DNA of 64,000 nt from Alphaproteobacteria bacterium. GTDB taxonomy: Bacteria > Pseudomonadota > Alphaproteobacteria > UBA6615. Every line of letters begins with the position of its first letter. The stretch's first letter is position 1. The position numbers were made by a program, and so were the translations under genes. Shown in pieces: positions 8,070 to 16,124 of this stretch. A model generated the notes under the pieces. It saw only the letters and a program-made list of their open reading frames with translations, did not search any database and was not told where the DNA came from. The DNA lies in contig CBDHDN010000029.1 in NCBI GenBank assembly GCA_965261585.1, forward strand, positions 15,193 through 79,192. Direction: 5' to 3'.

Positions 8070-11000
8070 GGTGTCTCTCCCGTGCCGGCCAGGGCGTCGA
8101 GGCGCCGGTGGGCCGAGTTCGTGCGCGGCCTCCACAGGCCGCGGTCCAGCGCCTCGCGGAAGCGGGCCGCCATCTCAGCCAGTGCGTCCGGGTTGTGCGT
8201 CGCCATGAACTCGCGCACGGCGTCGTCCTCGACATAGGCGGCATAGACCATGTCGAACTGATCGTCGCGCACACAGCGTGCGGTCGCCGCGAAGGCGAAC
8301 AGATAGTCGACGGTCGCGGCCAGCTCGAACGCGCCCTTGTAGCCGTGGCGCATGACGCCGGCGAGCCATTTCGGATTGACGACGCGGGCGCGGATGACGC
8401 GCGAGACCTCGTCCTCGAGGCGGCGCACCTGGGGCGCGAAGGGGCGCGAGTGATCGTTGTGATAGACGGCCGGCTGGCGACCCGAGGCATGGCGCGTCGC
8501 TGCGGCGAGGCCGCCCTCGAACTGGTAGTAGTCGTCGCTGTCGAGCAGGTCGTGCTCGCGGTTGTCCTGATTGTGGATGACCGCTTGCGTGCGGGCGAGG
8601 CGGCGGGTGAACGCGGCGTGGGCCGGTCGCCCGTCGGCCTCGGCGCCGTAGGCGTAGCCGCCCCAGTGGATATAGGCGCGCGCCAGATCGGCGTCGGACT
8701 GCCAGCCGCGCTCGTCGATCAGCGCCTGCAGGCCGGCCCCATAGGCGCCGGGCTGGGCGCCGAAGACACGCCACAGCGCCGCCTCGGCGCCGTCAGCAGT
8801 GCTCTCCGCCACGACCTGGGCGGCCAGCGGGTTCTCGGCCGGCGGCTCGTCGGCGCGCGCGGCGATGGCCCGCACGGCACCATCGAACAGAGCAATCAGG
8901 TTGGGAAAGGCGTCGCGGAAGAAGCCGGAGACGCGCAGGGTCACGTCGACCCGCGGGCGGCCCAACTCGGCCAGGGGCAGGACCTCGAACCCGGTCACCC
9001 GGTGCGAGGCGGCGTCCCAGAGGGGCCGGGCGCCGATCAGCGCCAGCGCCTGGGCGATATCGTCGCCGCCGGTGCGCATGTTGCTAGTGCCCCAGGCGGA
9101 CAGGGCCATGGCGCGTGGCCAGTGCCCGTGCTCCTGCGCATAGCGCTCGACCAGCAGCCTCGCCGACTTCCAGCCGAGCTCCCACGCCGCCGCCGTCGGC
9201 ACGGTGCGGGTGTCGACCGAATAGAAGTTGCGGCCGGTCGGCAGCACGTCGGCGCGGCCACGGGTCGGCGCGCCGGACGGGCCCGGCGGCACGAAGCGTC
9301 CGTCGAGGCCGCGCAGCAGGCCGGCGATCTCGGCCGTGCCGCAGCCGGCGACGGCGGGCCGGATGGTCGCGGCGATGCGGTCCAGCACGGCGCCGGTATG
9401 CGTCCAGGCCGGATCCGCGGCGCGGTGCTCGCCGACCAGGGCCGCGGCCAGCGCCTCGAGGCGCTCGACGGTATCGCCGGCGGTGCGCCACGGGTCGGCG
9501 GCGATGGCCGCGAGCGCCGGCGGGCGGGGGCCGGACCAGGGTGCCGCCATGGCGCAGTCCAGGGGATCGAACGGATCCTCGCCGGTGGCGAGGCCGAGGT
9601 CCGCCGCGAGGGCGCGGGTGAGCGACGCGTCGCCCGGGAGTGGCGGCTGGCGCGCGCCGTGGCGCGGCGTTCGGGTCAAGGCGACCAGCAGGTCGGTCAG
9701 CAGTTCGCCCTGGGGCGCGCTGCCGAAGACATGCAGGCCGTCGCGGATCTGCATTTCCTTCAGCTCGCAGAGATAGGCGTCGAGCCGGGTCAGGGCCGCC
9801 ACCGGATCCTCGTCGCGGGTCATGCCGAGGTCGCGGTCGAGGCCGGCGGCCTCGGCTGCCTCGAGGATGCGACGGCGCAGGACGGGCAGGCGCCGCGGGT
9901 CCAGATTGGCGGCCTCGTAGTACTCGTCGACCAGGCCCTCGAGCGCACGCAGCGGGCCATAAGCCTCGGCGCGCGTCAGCGGCGGCGTCAGGTGGTCGAT
10001 GATGACGGCCTGGCTGCGCCGCTTGGCCTGGCTGCCCTCGCCCGGGTCGTTGACGATGAACGGATAGAGGTGGGGCAGCGGCCCGAACGCGGCCTCGGGA
10101 AAGCACGCGCCGGACAGCGCGACGGCCTTGCCCGGCAGCCATTCCAGATTGCCGTGCTTGCCCATGTGGACGACGGCGTGGACGTCGAGCGCGGCGCGCA
10201 GCCAGGCGTAGAACGCGAGGTAGCCGTGCGGTGGCACGAGCGCCGGGTCGTGATAGCTCCGGACCGGGTCGATGTTGTAGCCGCGCGCCGGCTGCAGCCC
10301 GATCACGACGTTGCCGCAGCGCAGGGCGGGGATGGCGAACGCATCCCGCTCGGCCAGGAAGAACGAGTCGCCGGTGGGTGGCCCCCAACGGTCCGTGACG
10401 CGGTCGCGCACCGCCGTCGGCAGTGCCGCGAACCAGGCCGCGTAGACCGCGCGCGGCAGCGTCTCGCGAACCTCGCGGCCGGTGACGCCGGCGTTCGTCG
10501 GGCCGGCCAGCAGTGCCGCGATCAGGGCGGCGCCGTCGTCGGGCACGTCGGCAAGCGTGTAGCCGGCGGCAACCAGTGCGGCGAGTACGTTCAGCGTGCT
10601 GGCCGGCGTGTCGAGGCCGACGCCGTTGCCGATGCGGCCGTCGCGGTTGGGGTAGTTCGCCAGCACGATGGCGACGCGGCGGCCGGCGGCCGGTGTGCGC
10701 CGCAGCCGGCACCAGTTGGCGGCGAGGGCGGCGGTGAAGCGGACCCGGTCGGCGACCGGCCGGTAGCAGACGATGTCGGCCTGGGTCGCCTCGTCGCGGC
10801 GGGCGAGACCCTTGAACGAGACGGCGCGGGCGAGGATGCGGCCGTCGACCTCCGGCAACGCCACGTTCATGGCGATGTCGCGGGCCGTCAGGCCGTTCGT
10901 GCCGGCGCGCCAGATGTCCTCGTTCGTGGCGGCGAAGACGACCTGCAGCACCGGCGCCTCGGTCGCGTCGAACGGCGTTTCGGCGACCGCCGCGCCGGGC

Positions 11001-11833
11001 CGCGAGAGCGCGAAGGCGGTGGCGTTCAGGATGATGTCCGGGGGCGCCTCGGCGAACAGGCCGCGGATGGTCTCGGCCGCCACCGGGTCCCGGAGGCTGG
11101 CGGCGTAGACCGGCAGCGCATTGAGGCCGGCCCCGCCCAGCGCCTCGATCAAGGCGTCGACGACGGCCGTGTCCGCCGCCTGCACGAGGGCGCGATAGAA
11201 GACCAGCGCCGCGACCGGTGCGTCGGTGGACCAATGTGTGGCGACGTCCGCCAGCATCGGCCGGGCCTGCCCGGGCCAGTAGAGGCCGGCGCGCAACAAG
11301 GGCGCCGGCTCATGCCAGGCGTCGGTGTCGTGCGCCGCGCCGGCCGTGAGCGAAGCCGCGTAGGCGAGGAACGCCGCCGCGTTGTCGACGCCGCCATGCA
11401 CGAGATACTGCCAGAGCCGATGGGCGGCTTCGGCCGGCACGGTCGCGAGCGCCGCGAGTTCGGCATCGGGCTGGTCGTCGCCGGGCAGGAAGGCGATCGG
11501 TATGGCCGCGTCGCGGCATGCGGCGGCGACTTCGTCGACGCCGTAGGGCCAGTAGCCGCGCCCGCCGAGCAGCCGCACGATGACGAGCCGGGCGTGCCGG
11601 ACGACCCGGTCGACATAGAGGTCGACGGACATGTTGTGGCCGAGCTGCAGCAGGTTGGCGAGCCGCAGGCCCGGCGTCGGGCCGACCGCGTGCCGCGCCG
11701 CTTGTGCGGCGGCCAGACAGGCAATCTCGGTGTCGGCCGCCGTCAGCACGACGATGTCGGCCGGCGTCTGGCCGAGGTCGACGGCCTCCGTGCCGTCGGT
11801 CGCGAGCCCGGGTGCGGTGGCGAGCAGGTGCAT
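8066..11833 (-). CDS. cobN: cobaltochelatase large subunit
   Basis: Uninterrupted 1255-aa ORF. CobN-type sequence throughout (MHLLATAPG...YHDPALVPPHGYLAFYAW...HMGKHGNLEWLPGK...). Confidence 0.95.
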   Translation of the reverse strand: MHLLATAPGLATDGTEAVDLGQTPADIVVLTAADTEIACLAAAQAARHAVGPTPGLRLANLLQLGHNMSVDLYVDRVVRHARLVIVRLLGGRGYWPYGVDEVAAACRDAAIPIAFLPGDDQPDAELAALATVPAEAAHRLWQYLVHGGVDNAAAFLAYAASLTAGAAHDTDAWHEPAPLLRAGLYWPGQARPMLADVATHWSTDAPVAALVFYRALVQAADTAVVDALIEALGGAGLNALPVYAASLRDPVAAETIRGLFAEAPPDIILNATAFALSRPGAAVAETPFDATEAPVLQVVFAATNEDIWRAGTNGLTARDIAMNVALPEVDGRILARAVSFKGLARRDEATQADIVCYRPVADRVRFTAALAANWCRLRRTPAAGRRVAIVLANYPNRDGRIGNGVGLDTPASTLNVLAALVAAGYTLADVPDDGAALIAALLAGPTNAGVTGREVRETLPRAVYAAWFAALPTAVRDRVTDRWGPPTGDSFFLAERDAFAIPALRCGNVVIGLQPARGYNIDPVRSYHDPALVPPHGYLAFYAWLRAALDVHAVVHMGKHGNLEWLPGKAVALSGACFPEAAFGPLPHLYPFIVNDPGEGSQAKRRSQAVIIDHLTPPLTRAEAYGPLRALEGLVDEYYEAANLDPRRLPVLRRRILEAAEAAGLDRDLGMTRDEDPVAALTRLDAYLCELKEMQIRDGLHVFGSAPQGELLTDLLVALTRTPRHGARQPPLPGDASLTRALAADLGLATGEDPFDPLDCAMAAPWSGPRPPALAAIAADPWRTAGDTVERLEALAAALVGEHRAADPAWTHTGAVLDRIAATIRPAVAGCGTAEIAGLLRGLDGRFVPPGPSGAPTRGRADVLPTGRNFYSVDTRTVPTAAAWELGWKSARLLVERYAQEHGHWPRAMALSAWGTSNMRTGGDDIAQALALIGARPLWDAASHRVTGFEVLPLAELGRPRVDVTLRVSGFFRDAFPNLIALFDGAVRAIAARADEPPAENPLAAQVVAESTADGAEAALWRVFGAQPGAYGAGLQALIDERGWQSDADLARAYIHWGGYAYGAEADGRPAHAAFTRRLARTQAVIHNQDNREHDLLDSDDYYQFEGGLAAATRHASGRQPAVYHNDHSRPFAPQVRRLEDEVSRVIRARVVNPKWLAGVMRHGYKGAFELAATVDYLFAFAATARCVRDDQFDMVYAAYVEDDAVREFMATHNPDALAEMAARFREALDRGLWRPRTNSAHRRLDALAGTGETP

Positions 11834-11864
11834 CGTTCCCGCCTGCTACCGGGCCGGCGCCGTC

Positions 11865-11968
11865 TCACCCCCCACCCCAGCCCTCCCCCACAAGGGGGGA
11901 GGGAGCACTTTCCAGTGCCGGCGGTATCTCCCTCCCCCCTTGTGGGGGAGAGTCGGGGTGGGGAGTGG
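11865..11968. repeat. REP-like nested palindrome, family B (CCCACCCC / CTCCCCC..GGGGGAG motifs)
   Basis: TCACCCCCCACCCCAGCCCTCCCCCACAAGGGGGGAGGGAG...CTCCCTCCCCCCTTGTGGGGGAGAGTCGGGGTGGGGAGTGG lies between cobN and cobW. A sister copy is at 53784-53877 and related units are at 63100-63450. Confidence 0.6.
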
Positions 11969-12000
11969 AAACGCCGTCATTGGATTGTGCGAGCCTGCCT

Positions 12001-13080
12001 TCAAGCCGCCCAGGGCCGCAGCGCGGCGGCGATGGCGGCGCGGTCGAGACCGGCGCGGTCGAGGCCGGCGCGGTCGGGGCCAGAGCGGTCGGGGCCGGCG
12101 CAGCCGATGAATACGAGCTCGGTTGCGCGCGCTTCGTCGTCGGCCCAGGGGCGGTCGTAATAGCGCTGAAAGCGGGCGCCGACGCCTTGCACGATGTGGC
12201 GCAGCGGGCGGTCGGGCACGTCGAGGAAGCCCTTGACGCGCAGCACATCATGGTTCGCGACGATGGCGATCAGCGCCGCCTCCAGCGCCGCCGGGTCGGC
12301 GACCGGGCCGAGCGCCAGGGAGAAGCTGTCGAAATCGTCGTGGTCGTGGTCGTCCGCGTCGTCGTGGTGGCTGCGCCGGCTATCGACGTCGTCCTCGGCC
12401 GCCGCGTCGAGGCCCAACAGAATGGCGGGGTCGAGGCGGCCGTGGCTCGCCGCCACCGTCTTGACACCGGGGCGGAGGTGGCGGCCGAGCCCGTTGGCGA
12501 TCGCGGCCGCGGCGGCGGCGTCGAGCTGATCCGTTTTGTTCAGGACGACCAGGTCGGCGGCCGCCAGCTGATCCTCGAACAGCTCGGCCAGCGGGCTGTC
12601 GTGGTCGAGCGACGCATCGGCACTGCGGGCCGCCGCGATGGCGGCCGGGTCCTCGGCGAAGCGGCCGGCGGCGACGGCCGGCGCGTCGACAACGGTGACG
12701 ACGCCGTCGACCGTGACCCGGCTGCGGACTTCCGGCCAGGCGAAGGCCTTGACGAGCGGCTTCGGCAGCGCCAGGCCCGAGGTCTCGATGACGATGTGGT
12801 CGGGCGGATCGGCCCGCTCCAGAAGCGCGGTAATCGCCGGCAGAAAGTCGTCGGCGACGGTGCAGCAGATGCAGCCGTTCGTCAGCTCGACGATGTCGCC
12901 GTCGGCGCAGCCGTCGATGCCGCAGCCGAGCAGCAGCTCGCGGTCGATGCCCAGATCGCCGAACTCGTTGATCACGATGGCGATGCGGCGTCCGTTCGCA
13001 TGCTCGATCTGGTGCCGCACCAGGCTCGTCTTGCCGGCACCGAGGAAGCCGGTGACGATCGTCGCCGGGATCCGCTTCAT
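12001..13080 (-). CDS. cobW: CobW (COG0523 G3E GTPase metallochaperone)
   Basis: Inside ORF 12001..13755, with ATG at 13080. MKRIPATIVTGFLGAGKTSLV P-loop, GCICCT motif and an acidic/His stretch SRRSHHDDADDHDHDD. ATGA overlap with the cobU stop. Confidence 0.9.
   Translation of the reverse strand: MKRIPATIVTGFLGAGKTSLVRHQIEHANGRRIAIVINEFGDLGIDRELLLGCGIDGCADGDIVELTNGCICCTVADDFLPAITALLERADPPDHIVIETSGLALPKPLVKAFAWPEVRSRVTVDGVVTVVDAPAVAAGRFAEDPAAIAAARSADASLDHDSPLAELFEDQLAAADLVVLNKTDQLDAAAAAAIANGLGRHLRPGVKTVAASHGRLDPAILLGLDAAAEDDVDSRRSHHDDADDHDHDDFDSFSLALGPVADPAALEAALIAIVANHDVLRVKGFLDVPDRPLRHIVQGVGARFQRYYDRPWADDEARATELVFIGCAGPDRSGPDRAGLDRAGLDRAAIAAALRPWAA
12037..12096. repeat. in-frame 15-bp tandem repeat x4 (plus a partial fifth) in the cobW 3' end
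   Basis: The units are GGCGCGGTCGAGACC, GGCGCGGTCGAGGCC, GGCGCGGTCGGGGCC and AGAGCGGTCGGGGCC. They encode PDRSG-PDRAG-LDRAG-LDRAA near the CobW C-terminus. Confidence 0.85.
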
Positions 13081-13655
13081 GGGCGATGCTCCTGGGTTGT
13101 GCCGGTTGCGGCCGGCTTGAGGATGAGCGGCAGGCCGGCGGCGACGAGGACGACCCGCTCGGCAATGGCGGCGACGGTCTGGTTGAGGCGCCCGGCGGCG
13201 TCGCGGAAACGACGGCTGAGGGCGCTGTTCGGCACGATGCCCAGGCCGACCTCGTTGGCCACCAGCACTGTCGGGGCCGGGCGGTCGCGCAGGGCCGCGA
13301 TCAGCGTGTCCGTTGCGGCCTCGGGCGCGTGCGCCGCGGCCATGAGGTTCGCGAGCCACAGGGTGAGGCAGTCGACGAGCATGGGACCGGCGGCATTCGC
13401 GGCGATTGCGGCGGCGAGGTTGAGCGGCGCCTCGACGGTGCGCCAGTGCGCATCGCGGCGCGCCCGGTGCGCGGCGATGCGCGCCGCCATCTCGGCGTCG
13501 CCGGCCTCGGCGGTCGCGACATAGGTGGCCGTGGGGTCGGCAGTGCGGTCGAGGTGGGCGGCGACGAGCCGTTCGGCATAAGCGCTCTTGCCCGAGCGGG
13601 CGCCGCCCAGGACCAGTGTCGTCGCCGGCAGCGTGTCGTGATCGTTCGCGGTCAA
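13077..13655 (-). CDS. cobU: adenosylcobinamide kinase / adenosylcobinamide-phosphate guanylyltransferase (CobU; CobP in P. denitrificans naming)
   Basis: 192-aa ORF with a TTG start at 13655. TLVLGGARSGKSAYAERL P-loop and VANEVGLGIVP motif. Confidence 0.9.
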   Translation of the reverse strand: MTANDHDTLPATTLVLGGARSGKSAYAERLVAAHLDRTADPTATYVATAEAGDAEMAARIAAHRARRDAHWRTVEAPLNLAAAIAANAAGPMLVDCLTLWLANLMAAAHAPEAATDTLIAALRDRPAPTVLVANEVGLGIVPNSALSRRFRDAAGRLNQTVAAIAERVVLVAAGLPLILKPAATGTTQEHRP

Positions 13656-13699
13656 TGCCGAACCTCCCCCCCGAGGTCGCAGGACATGGGCCAGCCGCG

Positions 13700-13912
13700 C
13701 CGAAGAGGTCTCCTGGCTTCGGGTCGACGGTTGCGACCGGCCTTCCCGGCGGCATGCCGCCAGTGGCGCCCCGAACGCGGGGCCGTGGTCACACCCTCGC
13801 CGTCACAGTTGCGGGGGCAGCGCCGGTTTTGGCCGGTCGCTTTGTGTCGCGACAGCGGCCGCACCGGACTTCCCTGTCTCGACGCGGGCGCGACGTTAGC
13901 ACGGCAGCCCGC
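13700..13912 (-). promoter_or_regulatory. cobalamin (B12) riboswitch leader of the cobU-cobW-cobN-cobO...cobQ array
   Basis: The minus strand reads ...GAGACAGGGAAGTCCGGTGCGG...GCGCTGCCCCCGCAACTGTGACGG...GCGCCACTGGCGGCATGCCGCCGGGAAGGCCGG...GAAGCCAGGAGACCTCTTCG. All conserved cobalamin-riboswitch blocks are present, including the B12 box (AGCCAGGAGACC), and in the right order. It lies about 45 nt upstream of the cobU start. Confidence 0.85.
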
Positions 13913-13942
13913 GCGCATGCCAGCGCGCTCGCCCGGATGATG

Positions 13943-14245
13943 CTATGCGACGCGCGTTGCTTTGATACGCCTAGCGTCTCCGACGCTCAGGTTCTTGCGC
14001 GCCAACTTCAGGTCGTAGTGGGTTTGCAGGTTCATCCAGTACTCCGGGCTGGTGCCGAAGTAGAGCGCGATGCGGAGCGCCGTGTCTGCCGTAATGCGGC
14101 GCCTATTGTTGACGATTTCGGCAATGCGATTGGGCGAGACACCCATCGCCTTTGCGAGCCGGTTTTGTGACAGCCCGTACTCGGCGAGAAACTCCTCCCT
14201 CAGCATCTCCCCCGGCGTTACCGGTGCGAACTCGCCGCGGGCCAT
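13943..14245 (-). CDS. higA: HigA-family antitoxin (XRE-type HTH)
   Basis: ORF 13943..14296. ATG at 14245 is preceded by AGGAGA. MARGEFAPVTPGEMLREEFLAEYGLSQNRLAKAMGVSPNRIAEIVNNRRRITADTALRIALYFGTSPEYWMNLQ is the canonical HigA/VapI pattern. Confidence 0.85.
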   Translation of the reverse strand: MARGEFAPVTPGEMLREEFLAEYGLSQNRLAKAMGVSPNRIAEIVNNRRRITADTALRIALYFGTSPEYWMNLQTHYDLKLARKNLSVGDARRIKATRVA

Positions 14246-14255
14246 CGCATTCTCC

Positions 14256-14534
14256 TCAATGATAGTCCACGATCCGGACTCCGTGGGCGTGACCATCGAT
14301 CCATTTGAAGACTATGCGCCACTGATTGTTTATCCAGATCGAATAGTGGCCCCGCAAATTTCCCCTCAGCTTTTCGAGTCGGTTGGAGGGCGGCACCATC
14401 AGGTCTCCCAATTGAGCAGCCGCATTGACGGCTTCGAGTTTGCGTTTGGCGCGCCGAGCGAAACCGCGAAAATCTTTGACAACCTGATCGTCGGCCAGTC
14501 GCTCCGATCTACGATCTCCAAACGACTTTATCAT
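14256..14534 (-). CDS. higB: HigB-type toxin (RelE/ParE superfamily, plasmid-maintenance killer)
   Basis: 92-aa ORF directly upstream of higA, in toxin-first order. MIKSF...LRGNLRGHYSIWINNQWRIVFKWIDGHAHGVRIVDYH. Confidence 0.85.
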   Translation of the reverse strand: MIKSFGDRRSERLADDQVVKDFRGFARRAKRKLEAVNAAAQLGDLMVPPSNRLEKLRGNLRGHYSIWINNQWRIVFKWIDGHAHGVRIVDYH

Positions 14535-14543
14535 TTCGATTAC

Positions 14544-14563
14544 ACCGAATACCGGTATACGGT
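14544..14563. promoter_or_regulatory. imperfect palindrome upstream of higB, candidate HigA operator
   Basis: ACCGAATACCGGTATACGGT with a perfect 10-bp ATACCGGTAT core, 10 nt upstream of the higB ATG. Confidence 0.3.
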
Positions 14564-14602
14564 CAAGGCTGTGCCTTGCTGGTTTTATTGCTGGAGCCGA
14601 CC

Positions 14603-15232
14603 CTATGTCCCGTCGATCGTGTAGTTGGCGCGGTTGAGGGACCAGGTGCCGCCGGTCGCGTTGGCGTGGTGGTCGAGGCGGGTGACGGCGCAGTTGTCGA
14701 TGTGGAACGCCAGGGCCGTTTCGGGCTCGAGGCCCAGGGTGTGGGCGATGGCGGCGCGGATCGTGCCGCCGTGAGCCACGGCGACGACGTCGCGGCCGCG
14801 CAGTCGCTCGGTCAGCCGGTCGATGACGGCGGCGACGCGGGCGACGACATCGATGAAGCTCTCGCCATTTGGCGCGCGGGTGTGCGCCGGGGCGAGCCAG
14901 AACGGATGGCGCTCGCCGAGCTCCTCACGCACCGCGTCGGCATGGCGGCCCTGCCAGTCGCCGAGATGCTGCTCGGCCAGGTCGGCCTCGACGATCGGCT
15001 CGGGCAGGCTTAGGCCGGCGGCTTGAATGGCGGCCGCGGTCTGGTGCGTGCGCCGCAGGTGGCTGGTCGCCAGCACGGCGCCCTCGGGCAGCAGGCGGGC
15101 GAGCCCGGCGAAGGTTGCCGCGTCGGAGGTGTCGGCGGGCATGTCGAGGGCACCGTAGATGCGCCCGCCACTGGCGCTCTCCGGCACCGGGGCGTGGCGA
15201 ATCCACCACCAGCGCGTCGTCGTGTCCGTCAT
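14603..15232 (-). CDS. cobC: histidine-phosphatase family protein, probable alpha-ribazole-5'-phosphate phosphatase
   Basis: 209-aa ORF. WWWIRHAPV (RHG-type motif) and VAVAHGGTIRAAI. 4-nt overlap with the cobS stop and a location inside the nucleotide-loop gene set. Confidence 0.7.
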   Translation of the reverse strand: MTDTTTRWWWIRHAPVPESASGGRIYGALDMPADTSDAATFAGLARLLPEGAVLATSHLRRTHQTAAAIQAAGLSLPEPIVEADLAEQHLGDWQGRHADAVREELGERHPFWLAPAHTRAPNGESFIDVVARVAAVIDRLTERLRGRDVVAVAHGGTIRAAIAHTLGLEPETALAFHIDNCAVTRLDHHANATGGTWSLNRANYTIDGT

Positions 15233-16062
15233 ACCGCAACCCGCGCCAGCACGGCCGACAGGGCCAGGAGGATCGTCGTCTCGGAGGCCTGCTGCGCGGC
15301 GCCGAGCACATCGCCGGTGTAGCCGCCGATCTGCCGCCGGGCGAGGACCGCGACGGCCCAGGAGGCGGCGAGGCCGGCGGCCAGCGCCACGATGACGGCG
15401 GCGGGTCCGAGCCGGAGATGGACCGCCGCCGCGATGACCGCGCCGAGCAGCAGCGCGGCGACGACGACGGCGGTGGCCGGTCGCCCGGCGTCGGCGCCGA
15501 GGCCGCTATCGCGGGCCGGTGCCAGGGTGACCATGACGACCGACATGGCGGCGCGGCTGAACGCCGCCGCCGCGACGATGGCGGCGACGGCCCCGACGGT
15601 ACCGGCCGTGGCACCGATGGCGGTCAGTGCGAAGATCTTCCCGGCGACGACGAAGATCAGCGCCAGTGCGCCGAACGCACCGATGCGGCTGTCGCGCATG
15701 ATGGCCAGCTTGGCGGCGCGGTCGGCACCGCCGCCGAAGCCGTCCGCCGTGTCGGCCAGTCCGTCCTCGTGCAGCGCGCCGGTCGCCAGCGCCATCGTCG
15801 CGAGCGCCAGGATCGCGGCGACGGCGACCGGCAGGCCGACGAGCGTCGCGACGACGTAGACGCCGCCGCCGGCCAGGCCGACGAACGCGCCGACGATGGG
15901 AAAGGCCCACGTCGCCGCCGCCAGCCGGTCGTGTTCAACAGCCCCGGCACGGGGCAGCGGCATCCGCGTCAGGAACACCGCAGCCAGATGGAGCGCGCCG
16001 AGCGGCCCCGGCGGCGCGGCGTGGTCCGTCCGCCGGGCTTTGTGATTGTCGCTGGTGTCCAT
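15229..16062 (-). CDS. cobS: adenosylcobinamide-GDP ribazoletransferase (cobalamin synthase; CobV in P. denitrificans naming)
   Basis: Inside ORF 15229..16407, with ATG at 16062. Polytopic protein with FLTRMPLP, GALHEDGLADTADG and GGYTGDVLGA motifs. Confidence 0.9.
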   Translation of the reverse strand: MDTSDNHKARRTDHAAPPGPLGALHLAAVFLTRMPLPRAGAVEHDRLAAATWAFPIVGAFVGLAGGGVYVVATLVGLPVAVAAILALATMALATGALHEDGLADTADGFGGGADRAAKLAIMRDSRIGAFGALALIFVVAGKIFALTAIGATAGTVGAVAAIVAAAAFSRAAMSVVMVTLAPARDSGLGADAGRPATAVVVAALLLGAVIAAAVHLRLGPAAVIVALAAGLAASWAVAVLARRQIGGYTGDVLGAAQQASETTILLALSAVLARVAV

Positions 16063-16124
16063 GGGCGGGTTATAGGACAACTCGAACCGACCCGGCAAAA
16101 GGTGGGTTGAGAGAAGGTGGCACG

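Noticed and set aside
8108-12160. 1350-aa ORF on the plus strand, the longest ORF in the window
   Set aside because: It lies exactly antisense to cobN/cobW. Its composition is dominated by Arg/Gly/Ala/Asp with no recognisable motif. It is a typical shadow ORF of a high-GC gene, and cobN on the opposite strand is unambiguous.
12001-13755. 584-aa ORF suggesting a large CobW fusion protein
   Set aside because: Only the part from ATG 13080 is CobW. The upstream 225 residues are an off-frame reading of cobU and the riboswitch, which are supported independently.
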